Of a DNA stretch of 64,000 nt, positions 45,543 to 53,958 are shown one piece after another. Numbering within the stretch: position 1 is the stretch's first letter; each line of letters begins with the position of its first letter. Origin of the DNA: Puniceicoccales bacterium (GTDB taxonomy: Bacteria > Verrucomicrobiota > Verrucomicrobiia > Opitutales > UBA9783); contig JAITAV010000004.1 in the NCBI GenBank assembly GCA_031283895.1, forward strand, positions 426-64,425, written 5' to 3'. The notes beneath the pieces were generated by a model. That model did no database searches and had not been told where the DNA came from. It saw nothing but the letters and a program-made list of their open reading frames with translations. The position numbers and the translations under genes are program-made.

Positions 45543-48500
45543 TCATTTTTGTGCAAGATAATGATAATACGCCAATCGACTGTGAATGATGGTTTGAGCA
45601 TTTTTCTTTAAGCAGTTTGCACGTTCTGGATTTGATTTTTCCAAACCTTTAAATCGATTTTCTTTCTGTAAGTACTCTGTTAATGGGATTTTAGCCTCAA
45701 CGGCATCCAATTGCATTGGATTTTCGTTTTGTAACGTACGACGAGGATCAAAACGATACAGTGGCCAATATCCAGATTCTACTGCCAATCGCTGTTGCTC
45801 CGCACCATATTTCAAATCGTAACCATGTTCAATGCAATGGCTATAAGCGATGATCAAAGAAGGTCCCGAGTAACTATTAGCTTCCATAAGGGCGTTCATT
45901 GCTTGCCCTGGCTTAGCACCTATGGCAATCTGCGCCACGTAAACATGCCCGTAGGACATCACCAACAATCCCAGATCTTTTTTTGCTCTTTCTTTACCTG
46001 CAGCGGCAAATTTGGCGACCGCACCTAAGGGTGTTGCTTTCGATTGTTGTCCACCCGTATTGGAATACACTTCCGTATCCAGCACTAAAATATTCACGTT
46101 GCGTCCACTGGCCAATACGTGGTCCAGTCCGCCGAACCCAATGTCATAAGCCCAACCGTCACCGCCTATAATCCAAACAGACTTCTCCACTAGGAAATCA
46201 ATTAACGGCAATAAAAGTTTAGCGCTTGGCGTATTCAATGTTTGCAAACGCTCATTTAATATTTTTATGCACTTGCGTTGTTCAAGCACTTGCGCTGCGT
46301 TATTGGGGTCTATTTTGAGAATTTGTTCCACCAAATTTTCTCCCACTTCTGAACGCAAAGAGAAAAGCAAATCTCGAGCAATTTGTGTTTTTTTATCCGC
46401 GGATAAGCGGAGACCGAATCCAAATTCCGCATTGTCTTCGAACAAAGAATTTGCCCAAGCGGGTCCACGCCCATTTGCGTCTTTTGTGTACGGCGTAGTA
46501 GGTAAATTACCTCCGTAGATGGAAGAACATCCCGTAGCGTTGGCAATCAGCAAGCGATCTCCAAATAGCTGCGAAATGAGCTTAATATACGGGGTTTCTC
46601 CACAACCGGCACAAGCTCCAGAGAATTCAAAAAGTGGCTGTTTGAATTGCGTTGCTTTTAGATCTAATTTACACCGTGTTGTGTCAGGCCAAGGCAGCGT
46701 ATCAAAAAATTGACTGTTTCTCTGTTCTTGCTGAAAAATCTCGTTTTTAGCGATCATGTTTAGAGCTTTATGACTGGGATTCACCTTATCTTTTGCCGAA
46801 CATATCTCGGCACACAAGCCGCAGGCGGTACAGTCTTCCGGATAAATTTGTACGGTGAGGGCCTCATGGGGATGCTCTTTCGAACGAAAATCGACCGATT
46901 TGAACCCAGAGGGAGCTTTTTCTAAAAATGTTTTAGCGTAATGTTTCGAGCGAATTGCCGCGTGTGGGCATATCAGCGAGCAACGATTGCATTGAATACA
47001 AACACTTGGATCCCATGCGGGTAGTTCTTGCGCAATATTTCGTTTTTCCCATTGGGTGGTTCCCGTCGGCCAAGTTCCGTCGGCGGGGAAAGAGCTCACC
47101 GGCAAACGATCCCCCTTTTGCTCCAACAATTGCTGCGTTACCTTTTGAACAAATTCGGAAGCGCCGCTTAGGTTTAAAGGAATACGCCTGCGTGCTTTTT
47201 CTTGCACTCCTTGATGGACAATAAAATGTAAATTTGATAAAGCTGCATCCACCGCAGCGTAATTACTCTGCACAGCACTTTCGCCTTTTTTTCCGTAGGT
47301 CTTTCGAATGGCGTTTTTGATGCATTGAATAGCCTCTTCTTTCGGTAAAATCCCTGAAATTGCAAAAAAGCACGTCTGCATAATTGTATTAATCCGACCT
47401 CCCATGCCTGCTTCTCTCGCCACTTTAAAGGCATCGATGGCATACACTTGAATATTTTTATCCACGAGGGCTTGCTGGACTTCCCGAGGGAGATTTGACC
47501 ACACTTGGTCCGCTGCAAATGGAGCATTGATGAGCAATGTACCATTCTGTTGTAAGCCTGCCAAGATATCGTAGTGCTCAATAAATTGAAATTGATGACA
47601 TGCAACCAATTGTGCAGTTTGAATTAAATAAGGGGCTTGTATGGGCTTTGAACTAAATCGTAAATGTGAAGTCGTCATCGCACCGGATTTTTTTGAATCG
47701 TATACAAAATAAGCCTGCACGTATCGTTCAGTTTCCGAACCGATAATTTTAACGGTATTTTTATTGGCTCCCACCGTACCATCGGACCCTAATCCGTAAA
47801 AAATAGCCCTAAACGTATCGTCACTTTCCAATTCAATAGGTTCCTTGACGGGCACCGACAAACAGGTTACGTCATCCTCAATCCCTATGGTAAAAGAGGA
47901 TTGCAGGGTGCCCTGGACGGCCGCATCAAAAATACTTTTCACCATACTGGGGTTAAATTCCTTGGATCCCAACCCATATCGTCCTCCCAAGATACGTGGT
48001 AATGCCCACTGTTTCAAACGGACTCCTTCCTGGAAGGCGGATTGCACGTCTTGGCATAGAGGTTCAGCCACGGCTCCAGGTTCTTTGGTACGGTCCAAAA
48101 CGATTACTTCCTTGACGGACCGCGGCACCGCCTGTAGGAAATGCTTCATGGAAAATGGACGAAATAAATGTACGCGAAGCACACCCACTTTTTCACCACA
48201 CTGCATCAGGTGTTGAACCATTTGCTGTACCGTTTCGCTACCTGAACCCATGAGGACAAAGATACGTTCGGCCTCCGGATGCCCCATGTAATCGAACAAT
48301 CGATAGCGCCTGCCCGTCAATTGTTCAAATAGTACCATTTTGTTTTCAACAATTTCCGGCATCGCTTGATAAAAACGATTGCTGGCCTCACGACATTGAA
48401 AATAAATGTCGGGATTTTGGGCCGTTCCACGAATGACAGGTGCGTCGGGTGAAAGCCCACGATGACGAAAAGCCAAGATATCTTTTTCGTCCACTAAAGC

Positions 48501-49082
48501 TCTCAACGTATCATCGCCCAAAGGATTGTAAGTATTGATCTCGTGCGATGTACGAAATCCGTCGAAAAAGTGCAAGAATGGGACGCTGGCTTTTAGAGTG
48601 GACGCGTGCGCAATGGCAGCCAAATCTTGAGCCGATTGGACAGAATGGGACGATAGAAGTGCAAATCCTGTTTGACGAACGGCCATTACGTCCGAATGAT
48701 CTCCAAAAATGGATAAAGCATGCGTAGCCAGAGTCCGAGCCGTTACGTGCATGCAAAAAGGCATTAATTCTCCGGCAATTTTATACAAGTTTGGAATCAT
48801 CAGCAACAATCCCTGCGAAGCCGTGAATGTGGTGGTTAATACACCTCCTTGCAAAGTTCCATGGACGGTACCTGCAACGCCACCTTCCGACTGCAATTGA
48901 ATCACTTCGGGAATAATTCCCCAAAGATTTTGCTGATGTTCCGCGGACCACTGGTCACACCATTCTGCCATGGGTGAAGACGGGGTAATGGGATAAATGG
49001 CGATGATTTCACTCAGTCTATAGGCAACCGATGCCACCGCTTCATTGGCATCTTTGATGGCTCTCTTGACCGCATTGCTCAT
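45543..49082 (-). CDS. nifJ: pyruvate:ferredoxin (flavodoxin) oxidoreductase, single-polypeptide form
   Basis: 1179 aa. 'AIYPITPSSPMAEW', two ferredoxin motifs 'CIQCNRCSLICPHAAI' and 'CTACGLCAEICSA', and the TPP domain 'GGDGWAYDIGFGGLDH'. Confidence 0.95.
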   Translation of the reverse strand: MSNAVKRAIKDANEAVASVAYRLSEIIAIYPITPSSPMAEWCDQWSAEHQQNLWGIIPEVIQLQSEGGVAGTVHGTLQGGVLTTTFTASQGLLLMIPNLYKIAGELMPFCMHVTARTLATHALSIFGDHSDVMAVRQTGFALLSSHSVQSAQDLAAIAHASTLKASVPFLHFFDGFRTSHEINTYNPLGDDTLRALVDEKDILAFRHRGLSPDAPVIRGTAQNPDIYFQCREASNRFYQAMPEIVENKMVLFEQLTGRRYRLFDYMGHPEAERIFVLMGSGSETVQQMVQHLMQCGEKVGVLRVHLFRPFSMKHFLQAVPRSVKEVIVLDRTKEPGAVAEPLCQDVQSAFQEGVRLKQWALPRILGGRYGLGSKEFNPSMVKSIFDAAVQGTLQSSFTIGIEDDVTCLSVPVKEPIELESDDTFRAIFYGLGSDGTVGANKNTVKIIGSETERYVQAYFVYDSKKSGAMTTSHLRFSSKPIQAPYLIQTAQLVACHQFQFIEHYDILAGLQQNGTLLINAPFAADQVWSNLPREVQQALVDKNIQVYAIDAFKVAREAGMGGRINTIMQTCFFAISGILPKEEAIQCIKNAIRKTYGKKGESAVQSNYAAVDAALSNLHFIVHQGVQEKARRRIPLNLSGASEFVQKVTQQLLEQKGDRLPVSSFPADGTWPTGTTQWEKRNIAQELPAWDPSVCIQCNRCSLICPHAAIRSKHYAKTFLEKAPSGFKSVDFRSKEHPHEALTVQIYPEDCTACGLCAEICSAKDKVNPSHKALNMIAKNEIFQQEQRNSQFFDTLPWPDTTRCKLDLKATQFKQPLFEFSGACAGCGETPYIKLISQLFGDRLLIANATGCSSIYGGNLPTTPYTKDANGRGPAWANSLFEDNAEFGFGLRLSADKKTQIARDLLFSLRSEVGENLVEQILKIDPNNAAQVLEQRKCIKILNERLQTLNTPSAKLLLPLIDFLVEKSVWIIGGDGWAYDIGFGGLDHVLASGRNVNILVLDTEVYSNTGGQQSKATPLGAVAKFAAAGKERAKKDLGLLVMSYGHVYVAQIAIGAKPGQAMNALMEANSYSGPSLIIAYSHCIEHGYDLKYGAEQQRLAVESGYWPLYRFDPRRTLQNENPMQLDAVEAKIPLTEYLQKENRFKGLEKSNPERANCLKKNAQTIIHSRLAYYHYLAQK

Positions 49083-49191
49083 ATAACTTGGATTTGACTC
49101 AATAAAAAGTTCTCTCAGTTTTTACATTTCAATGCAATGCTTTTCTCCATAAATTGCCTGTTATCAAAACCTAACAACAACGATTTGACCT

Positions 49192-51927
49192 TTATTTTAA
49201 ATAATTGGGTAGGTCGGTGGTGTAATTGGTCATGATATAAGACGTACTGGTGGTATCCTTATTGTAAATATTTTTTAAAACATTGTAGGTAGCGTCACCG
49301 ATCGTTTGCGTCTTACGGCCGCGATTGATGCGGTGATAAAATGGCATGCATGCCGTAGGACGCATCGATCGAAAATCGACGAAGTTTATGTCAGGCGAAG
49401 CATATGAAAGTGGGGTACGGCCGTAATCACAAAAATTGATGGGTGGCTCCCACTGCATTTTGCAATAGTAGGGAAGCATCAATGAACCTCGAAAATTAAC
49501 CGCCAGGTTAATATCTTCTAAAGCTCTAAATGCACCATAAATGCCCAAATCAGGTTGCAATTCATTTTTATTATCTTTTAACCAAAGATCAGGATGTGTT
49601 GTTCCCGTCATAATGTGCGCATAAACACTAGGTGCAGAACCTGTGACGGTATGGTTTGAATTCCCAAGAGGTGTACGTAGGTAAGAATTGTAAGCGTCCG
49701 TACCACTTGACCAATCTTGCCAATTATCGCTCAATAAGGTGATAGAATCTGCCGCAATAAAAGCTTTGGGCTGCGTACTTGTAGTATTGAAATTTCCTTT
49801 TATGTATAGCGGAAATGGGCACACAATACTTAATCCACCCGTCGGTAAGGTACTTGCATTAATAATACGAATACCAAAATCTAACACCGGTGATAACGAT
49901 GACGGATATACGTAAGATCCATTGTTATATGAATTCAAAAAAGCAGTTCTGGATGCTATATAATTTGTACGGATATCCTGCGAAGTATTTGCAGGAGCTT
50001 TATAGTTGTCACCATTGCGTGCACCTAACCAATAACGATGAAAAAGGAGCGTACTGTTAACATCATTCTGAAAACTTGCAAGAGTCATGGGAGAACCGCT
50101 GTTGAGAGAGGTTATGAAAGCAGCTACGTCAAAATCCAACAATTGAATCCACTTAGCCCTATTACGATCGTAGATAAAATTGTAATGCGACGGAATATAC
50201 ACCCTGGCAATCTTGTTATCGAAACTTTCTGGTCGCCAATACGTGACGTAATCAACCAATTTTGCGGGTGGTGCAGAGATGTCCGAAACGGTTCCCACCG
50301 TTTCCGTTTTTAGTTTTATAAAAGAAGTTCCGGAAACACTACCGCCACCAATTGTAGGAACCGTCAATTTGTTGTTATACATCTGTGTAAAAATTCTCTC
50401 GCTCTCAACATTAAATGTGGCACTATTCGGCGTATCATTATCCGCAAAATAATAATAACGTGTGCCCGATGAGGTACCTTTCCACAAACCAACCGAATCA
50501 ATCAAACTATTGGAGGAGCTGCCGACATAAGGATCCACAAAATTTAGGTAGGTTTTTACGTAAAGATTATCTTTTGTGGCGGGGAAATGTGTCGTGCCAT
50601 AAGTGACGTAGGGAAAATTGATGGTGGGTGTAAAACTAAATGTTGTGGTTGTCTTAATAAAAACATCTATAGCGAGCCTGGGAAAACGACAAGGTTTTTG
50701 AGCTTCTATCAGGCGCGCTTTTTCGGTAATTTGCTGATTTGTTAATCCACGCAATGAGGAAAATGCCGACCGGACTTTGCCAATATTTGAACTACTGTAG
50801 GCAGTCGGCCCTTGCTGATTTTCAATGTTGCATAAATTGTACAAACCGGCACATAAGTCGACCGCATGTTCATTGGTTGCGGAAGCAACGGCTGTATAAT
50901 TCGGGTACCACCATCCCGAATAAGCAATGGGATCAAAGCCCGTAGGTCTGTAAATTCTTCCGCGGGTAGTCACATTCCCCCCCCACCATGACAGAATACA
51001 ATCTTTATCAAAAGTATTGGTTACATTGCTGTAGCGACCCGTATCTACCAAATCACCATGGTTATTGCTCTGACTAGACCCAATCCTATAATTTTGCAAG
51101 TAAACATTATTTGCACCACTACTGTAAGGATTCACATAGCCGTTGTAAAATGTACCGTTGTCATAAAGGCAATATTTGGAAGGGATGGTGATCGATGAAA
51201 ATGATTCCCCACCCTGCCTAATGCGCAACAAATGTCCCGCTATGTTAAATCTATCGAGAAAATATGTTGAAGGCGATCCTTTTCCAGTATATCTGAATAT
51301 ACGAAAATTTCCATTAATTTGGACAGGACCATAAAACATAACCGAACCATCAAGATTACCGTTGTAGGCTGTGTCTCCTTCCGAATATAGTTGAAAATCG
51401 CACAGTGGGTTACGTTCAATTTCCATCAATTGAACCATACGCATTGTCCAATTGGGCACAAAATTGGAAACAATACTTAAATTGAGCAACAGAAATACTT
51501 CGGATAAGTAACGTTCGTCGTTAGCATCTTTCTTTTTATCTTGCCAAAAAATAGGGCCTCCAAAAACTTCCCACGTACCCGGCTGCAATGGAAAATCTGC
51601 AGGTACAATCTGTGTTTTAACAAAAGAGGTATTAAAATTAATCACACCGCTATTGGCCTTACGCTTGTAGGCATCAACACCTAAAAAAATATTGGGCATC
51701 TTGGGGTTTTGCGTCAACTGATACGCGTAATCACGTACCAAGTGCATTGCATTTTCCATGAGATAATAACCCTGCGTTTCTTGTACAAAAATGGCACTTA
51801 ATCTGGCTTCATACATCGTCGTATTGCAGCAGATTCTCAAAGCCCCAGCTAAAATGAATATGAATATAATAGAAGCAAAAAACCCGTTTCCACATTCTTT
51901 TTGTTTCGTCCTACACTGCGAACCCAT
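49192..51927 (-). CDS. very large exported protein with minor-pseudopilin (GspK/PilX)-like N-terminus
   Basis: 911 aa. The N-terminus 'KQKECGNGFFASIIFIFILAGAL...EARLSAIFVQETQGYYLMENAM' resembles the hydrophobic helix plus '..A.y.AEaG' segment of GspK/PilX-type proteins. The remainder is N/Y/T/G/S-rich and probably beta-rich. No family assignment. Confidence 0.35.
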   Translation of the reverse strand: MGSQCRTKQKECGNGFFASIIFIFILAGALRICCNTTMYEARLSAIFVQETQGYYLMENAMHLVRDYAYQLTQNPKMPNIFLGVDAYKRKANSGVINFNTSFVKTQIVPADFPLQPGTWEVFGGPIFWQDKKKDANDERYLSEVFLLLNLSIVSNFVPNWTMRMVQLMEIERNPLCDFQLYSEGDTAYNGNLDGSVMFYGPVQINGNFRIFRYTGKGSPSTYFLDRFNIAGHLLRIRQGGESFSSITIPSKYCLYDNGTFYNGYVNPYSSGANNVYLQNYRIGSSQSNNHGDLVDTGRYSNVTNTFDKDCILSWWGGNVTTRGRIYRPTGFDPIAYSGWWYPNYTAVASATNEHAVDLCAGLYNLCNIENQQGPTAYSSSNIGKVRSAFSSLRGLTNQQITEKARLIEAQKPCRFPRLAIDVFIKTTTTFSFTPTINFPYVTYGTTHFPATKDNLYVKTYLNFVDPYVGSSSNSLIDSVGLWKGTSSGTRYYYFADNDTPNSATFNVESERIFTQMYNNKLTVPTIGGGSVSGTSFIKLKTETVGTVSDISAPPAKLVDYVTYWRPESFDNKIARVYIPSHYNFIYDRNRAKWIQLLDFDVAAFITSLNSGSPMTLASFQNDVNSTLLFHRYWLGARNGDNYKAPANTSQDIRTNYIASRTAFLNSYNNGSYVYPSSLSPVLDFGIRIINASTLPTGGLSIVCPFPLYIKGNFNTTSTQPKAFIAADSITLLSDNWQDWSSGTDAYNSYLRTPLGNSNHTVTGSAPSVYAHIMTGTTHPDLWLKDNKNELQPDLGIYGAFRALEDINLAVNFRGSLMLPYYCKMQWEPPINFCDYGRTPLSYASPDINFVDFRSMRPTACMPFYHRINRGRKTQTIGDATYNVLKNIYNKDTTSTSYIMTNYTTDLPNYLK

Positions 51928-52228
51928 GGAAGCAGTTTAAGGGTTGGGGCAGGCGCCTGCAATAAAATTTTACCGCAAAACATCGTCACCTTTTGCGGCC
52001 GTTTTTGGGTTCTTTGAAAAAAACTCAACCCATATGCCATATTCATTGCACCTGCCACATATGCAAAAAATATGCCTGCAGGTGTTGAGAAAATTTTAGC
52101 CAACATCCGTTGGAGTAAACCACGGACGCACTTAGACCAGTACAATGGGACCACTTTTTTGAAAAAGATTACAACATAAGTTTTCGCCCCATAAAAAATA
52201 ATTGTAAATCGCAAATTTTTGTTGACTT

Positions 52229-52264
52229 GTGGGACCAAATGGGGCTTTATGGGGTTAAGTGGGT
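52229..52264 (+). promoter_or_regulatory. putative MraZ operator: four [GA]TGGG[AGT] direct repeats at 10-bp spacing
   Basis: GTGGGA 52229-34, ATGGGG 52239-44, ATGGGG 52249-54, GTGGGT 52259-64, with exact 10-bp phasing. TTGACT (-35-like) lies at 52222-27. The mraZ ATG is at 52270. Confidence 0.7.
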
Positions 52265-52269
52265 AAAGT

Positions 52270-52725
52270 ATGGTCGTCGGCAAAAGTGTATTCGTAGGTG
52301 AATTCTTACATCAATTGGATGCAAAAAATCGCCTGTGCATACCTTCCAAGTGGCGATTTTCCGGTGATCAGGAAGACGTTTATCTGGCTCTTCCAAATCC
52401 ATTGGGCTGCATCACCATCTATCCGCCAAAAATGATCGACAGGCTGGAAGCAAAAGTATCGGACGTCAGTTTGGGCGACGTTCGGGGCCAAAAAGTGTTG
52501 GCAAAATTATTTTCTCAAGCGGATACCTTCGGATGCGACAAACAAGGACGTATTATTCTTTCGGAAAAACTTATTCGGCACGCGGATATATCTAAAAACG
52601 CGCTGCTGATAGGAAGTTACGCCACTTTTAACATCTGGGAACCTAAGGCTTACACGCAATACCTAGCTTCTCCTCTCGAAGATGATAACGAGATGAGCCA
52701 ACTTTTAAAAACATTGGGGTTATAA
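52270..52725 (+). CDS. mraZ: transcriptional regulator MraZ
   Basis: 151 aa. Two SpoVT/AbrB-like halves carry 'LDAKNRLCIPSKWR' and 'CDKQGRIILSEKL' (the DxxxR motifs). Confidence 0.92.
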   Translation: MVVGKSVFVGEFLHQLDAKNRLCIPSKWRFSGDQEDVYLALPNPLGCITIYPPKMIDRLEAKVSDVSLGDVRGQKVLAKLFSQADTFGCDKQGRIILSEKLIRHADISKNALLIGSYATFNIWEPKAYTQYLASPLEDDNEMSQLLKTLGL

Positions 52726-52729
52726 TGGA

Positions 52730-53650
52730 ATGGATGAGTTAAAACACATTCCGGTCCTCAAAGATGCAGTTCTACATTGTTTCAAAGACATCAACAGACT
52801 CATCCTAGACGCCACATTTGGAGGCGGTGGACACACAACGGCGCTATTGGAACAAAATAAACATATCCACATTATCGGTTTAGATACGGATCCGGATGCA
52901 ATATCACGTGCCGAGGGTATTCGAGATAAATTTCTACACAGATTTCAGTTCTTCCACTGTAATTTTTCATACCTCAAACTGCTTTGCAGGAAATTTGACG
53001 GTATTTTAATGGACTTAGGGGTTTCTTCATTTCAACTCGACCAAGCACAACGCGGTTTTTCTTTTCAACACGATGGTCCTTTGGACATGCGAATGAATCC
53101 CCATGAAGGCATGTCGGCAAAAATCTTTTTGGAAACGGGCAGTGAACAGGAACTGATTAGAGCCATTCGCGATTTTGGAGAAGAGCCGCAGTGGCGCTCT
53201 GTCGTAAAACAAATCCTCTCTTTGCGTCATTCAACATCTTTTGAAACAACCTTCGATCTTGTAAACTTTTTACTCGAGTACACATCCCTGCGGCGTTCCA
53301 AAAAGCCGGGCATACATCCGGCAACCCGCGTCTTTCAAGGAATACGCATCTACGTCAACCAAGAGCTGGATCATTTACAAAGTGGGTTAAAGCAAGCCTT
53401 TGAATGCCTAAATCCGAACGGAATTTTAGTAGTTATTACGTTTCATTCCCTCGAAGATCGCATTGTGAAACAATTTTTTAATGAAAAATGCGGCAAAAGT
53501 CTCCATTGCCTGGATGCGGAACCACGACAATTCAAGCAATCGCAAGCGTCCTTAGTTTTTAAAAAACCTATTGTTGCCGACGACAATGAAATTAGTTCCA
53601 ACCCACGGTCACGTTCGGCCAAATTCCGTGCTCTTCGAAAAAACTCATGA
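52730..53650 (+). CDS. rsmH: 16S rRNA m4C1402 methyltransferase
   Basis: 'HIPVL', 'DATFGGGGHT', 'DLGVSSFQLD', 'GPLDMRM' and 'NPRSRSAKFRAL'. Confidence 0.93.
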   Translation: MDELKHIPVLKDAVLHCFKDINRLILDATFGGGGHTTALLEQNKHIHIIGLDTDPDAISRAEGIRDKFLHRFQFFHCNFSYLKLLCRKFDGILMDLGVSSFQLDQAQRGFSFQHDGPLDMRMNPHEGMSAKIFLETGSEQELIRAIRDFGEEPQWRSVVKQILSLRHSTSFETTFDLVNFLLEYTSLRRSKKPGIHPATRVFQGIRIYVNQELDHLQSGLKQAFECLNPNGILVVITFHSLEDRIVKQFFNEKCGKSLHCLDAEPRQFKQSQASLVFKKPIVADDNEISSNPRSRSAKFRALRKNS

Positions 53651-53958
53651 AAATCATACCTTCAAAATGTGCCTGCTGTTTAATTTTTGCACTTAGCCTA
53701 ACCGTTACGGGGGCTTTTGGACTCCTGTGGATACGACAGCAAGTTTACTTGCAGGCTTCTTATGGAAAACATTTGGAAAAAGAATTATCGCTGCTGGGCC
53801 AAAAAATACAGCAAACGGATTTACGCATATCACAAATTCAATCAACACGTTATTTAAAGCAACATTGCAAGCATTTGCAACAGCCTACCTATCGGCAAAC
53901 GATTTGGACGCAGTCACAAGTAAATCCTTCAAATCTCTCCCGCCTTGCGGCTAAATAA
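53647..53958 (+). CDS. ftsL: cell division protein FtsL-like
   Basis: 103 aa with one TM ('CLIFALSLTVTGAFGLLWI') followed by a coiled coil. Start and stop overlap rsmH (ATGA) and ftsI (TAATG). The call rests on position and topology. Confidence 0.65.
   Translation: MKIIPSKCACCLIFALSLTVTGAFGLLWIRQQVYLQASYGKHLEKELSLLGQKIQQTDLRISQIQSTRYLKQHCKHLQQPTYRQTIWTQSQVNPSNLSRLAAK

Noticed and set aside
45795-48900. Multiple 60-143-aa ORFs on both strands inside the PFOR gene (for example 47174-47605 and 47845-48216).
   Set aside because: They are nested in or antisense to a 1179-aa ORF with complete PFOR motifs.
51849-52283. 144-aa minus-strand ORF spanning the mraZ upstream region.
   Set aside because: It overlaps the 5' end of the 911-aa gene and the mraZ start, and it runs through the MraZ-box array and the GC palindrome. 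It has no motifs and is most likely a chance ORF in an intergenic region.
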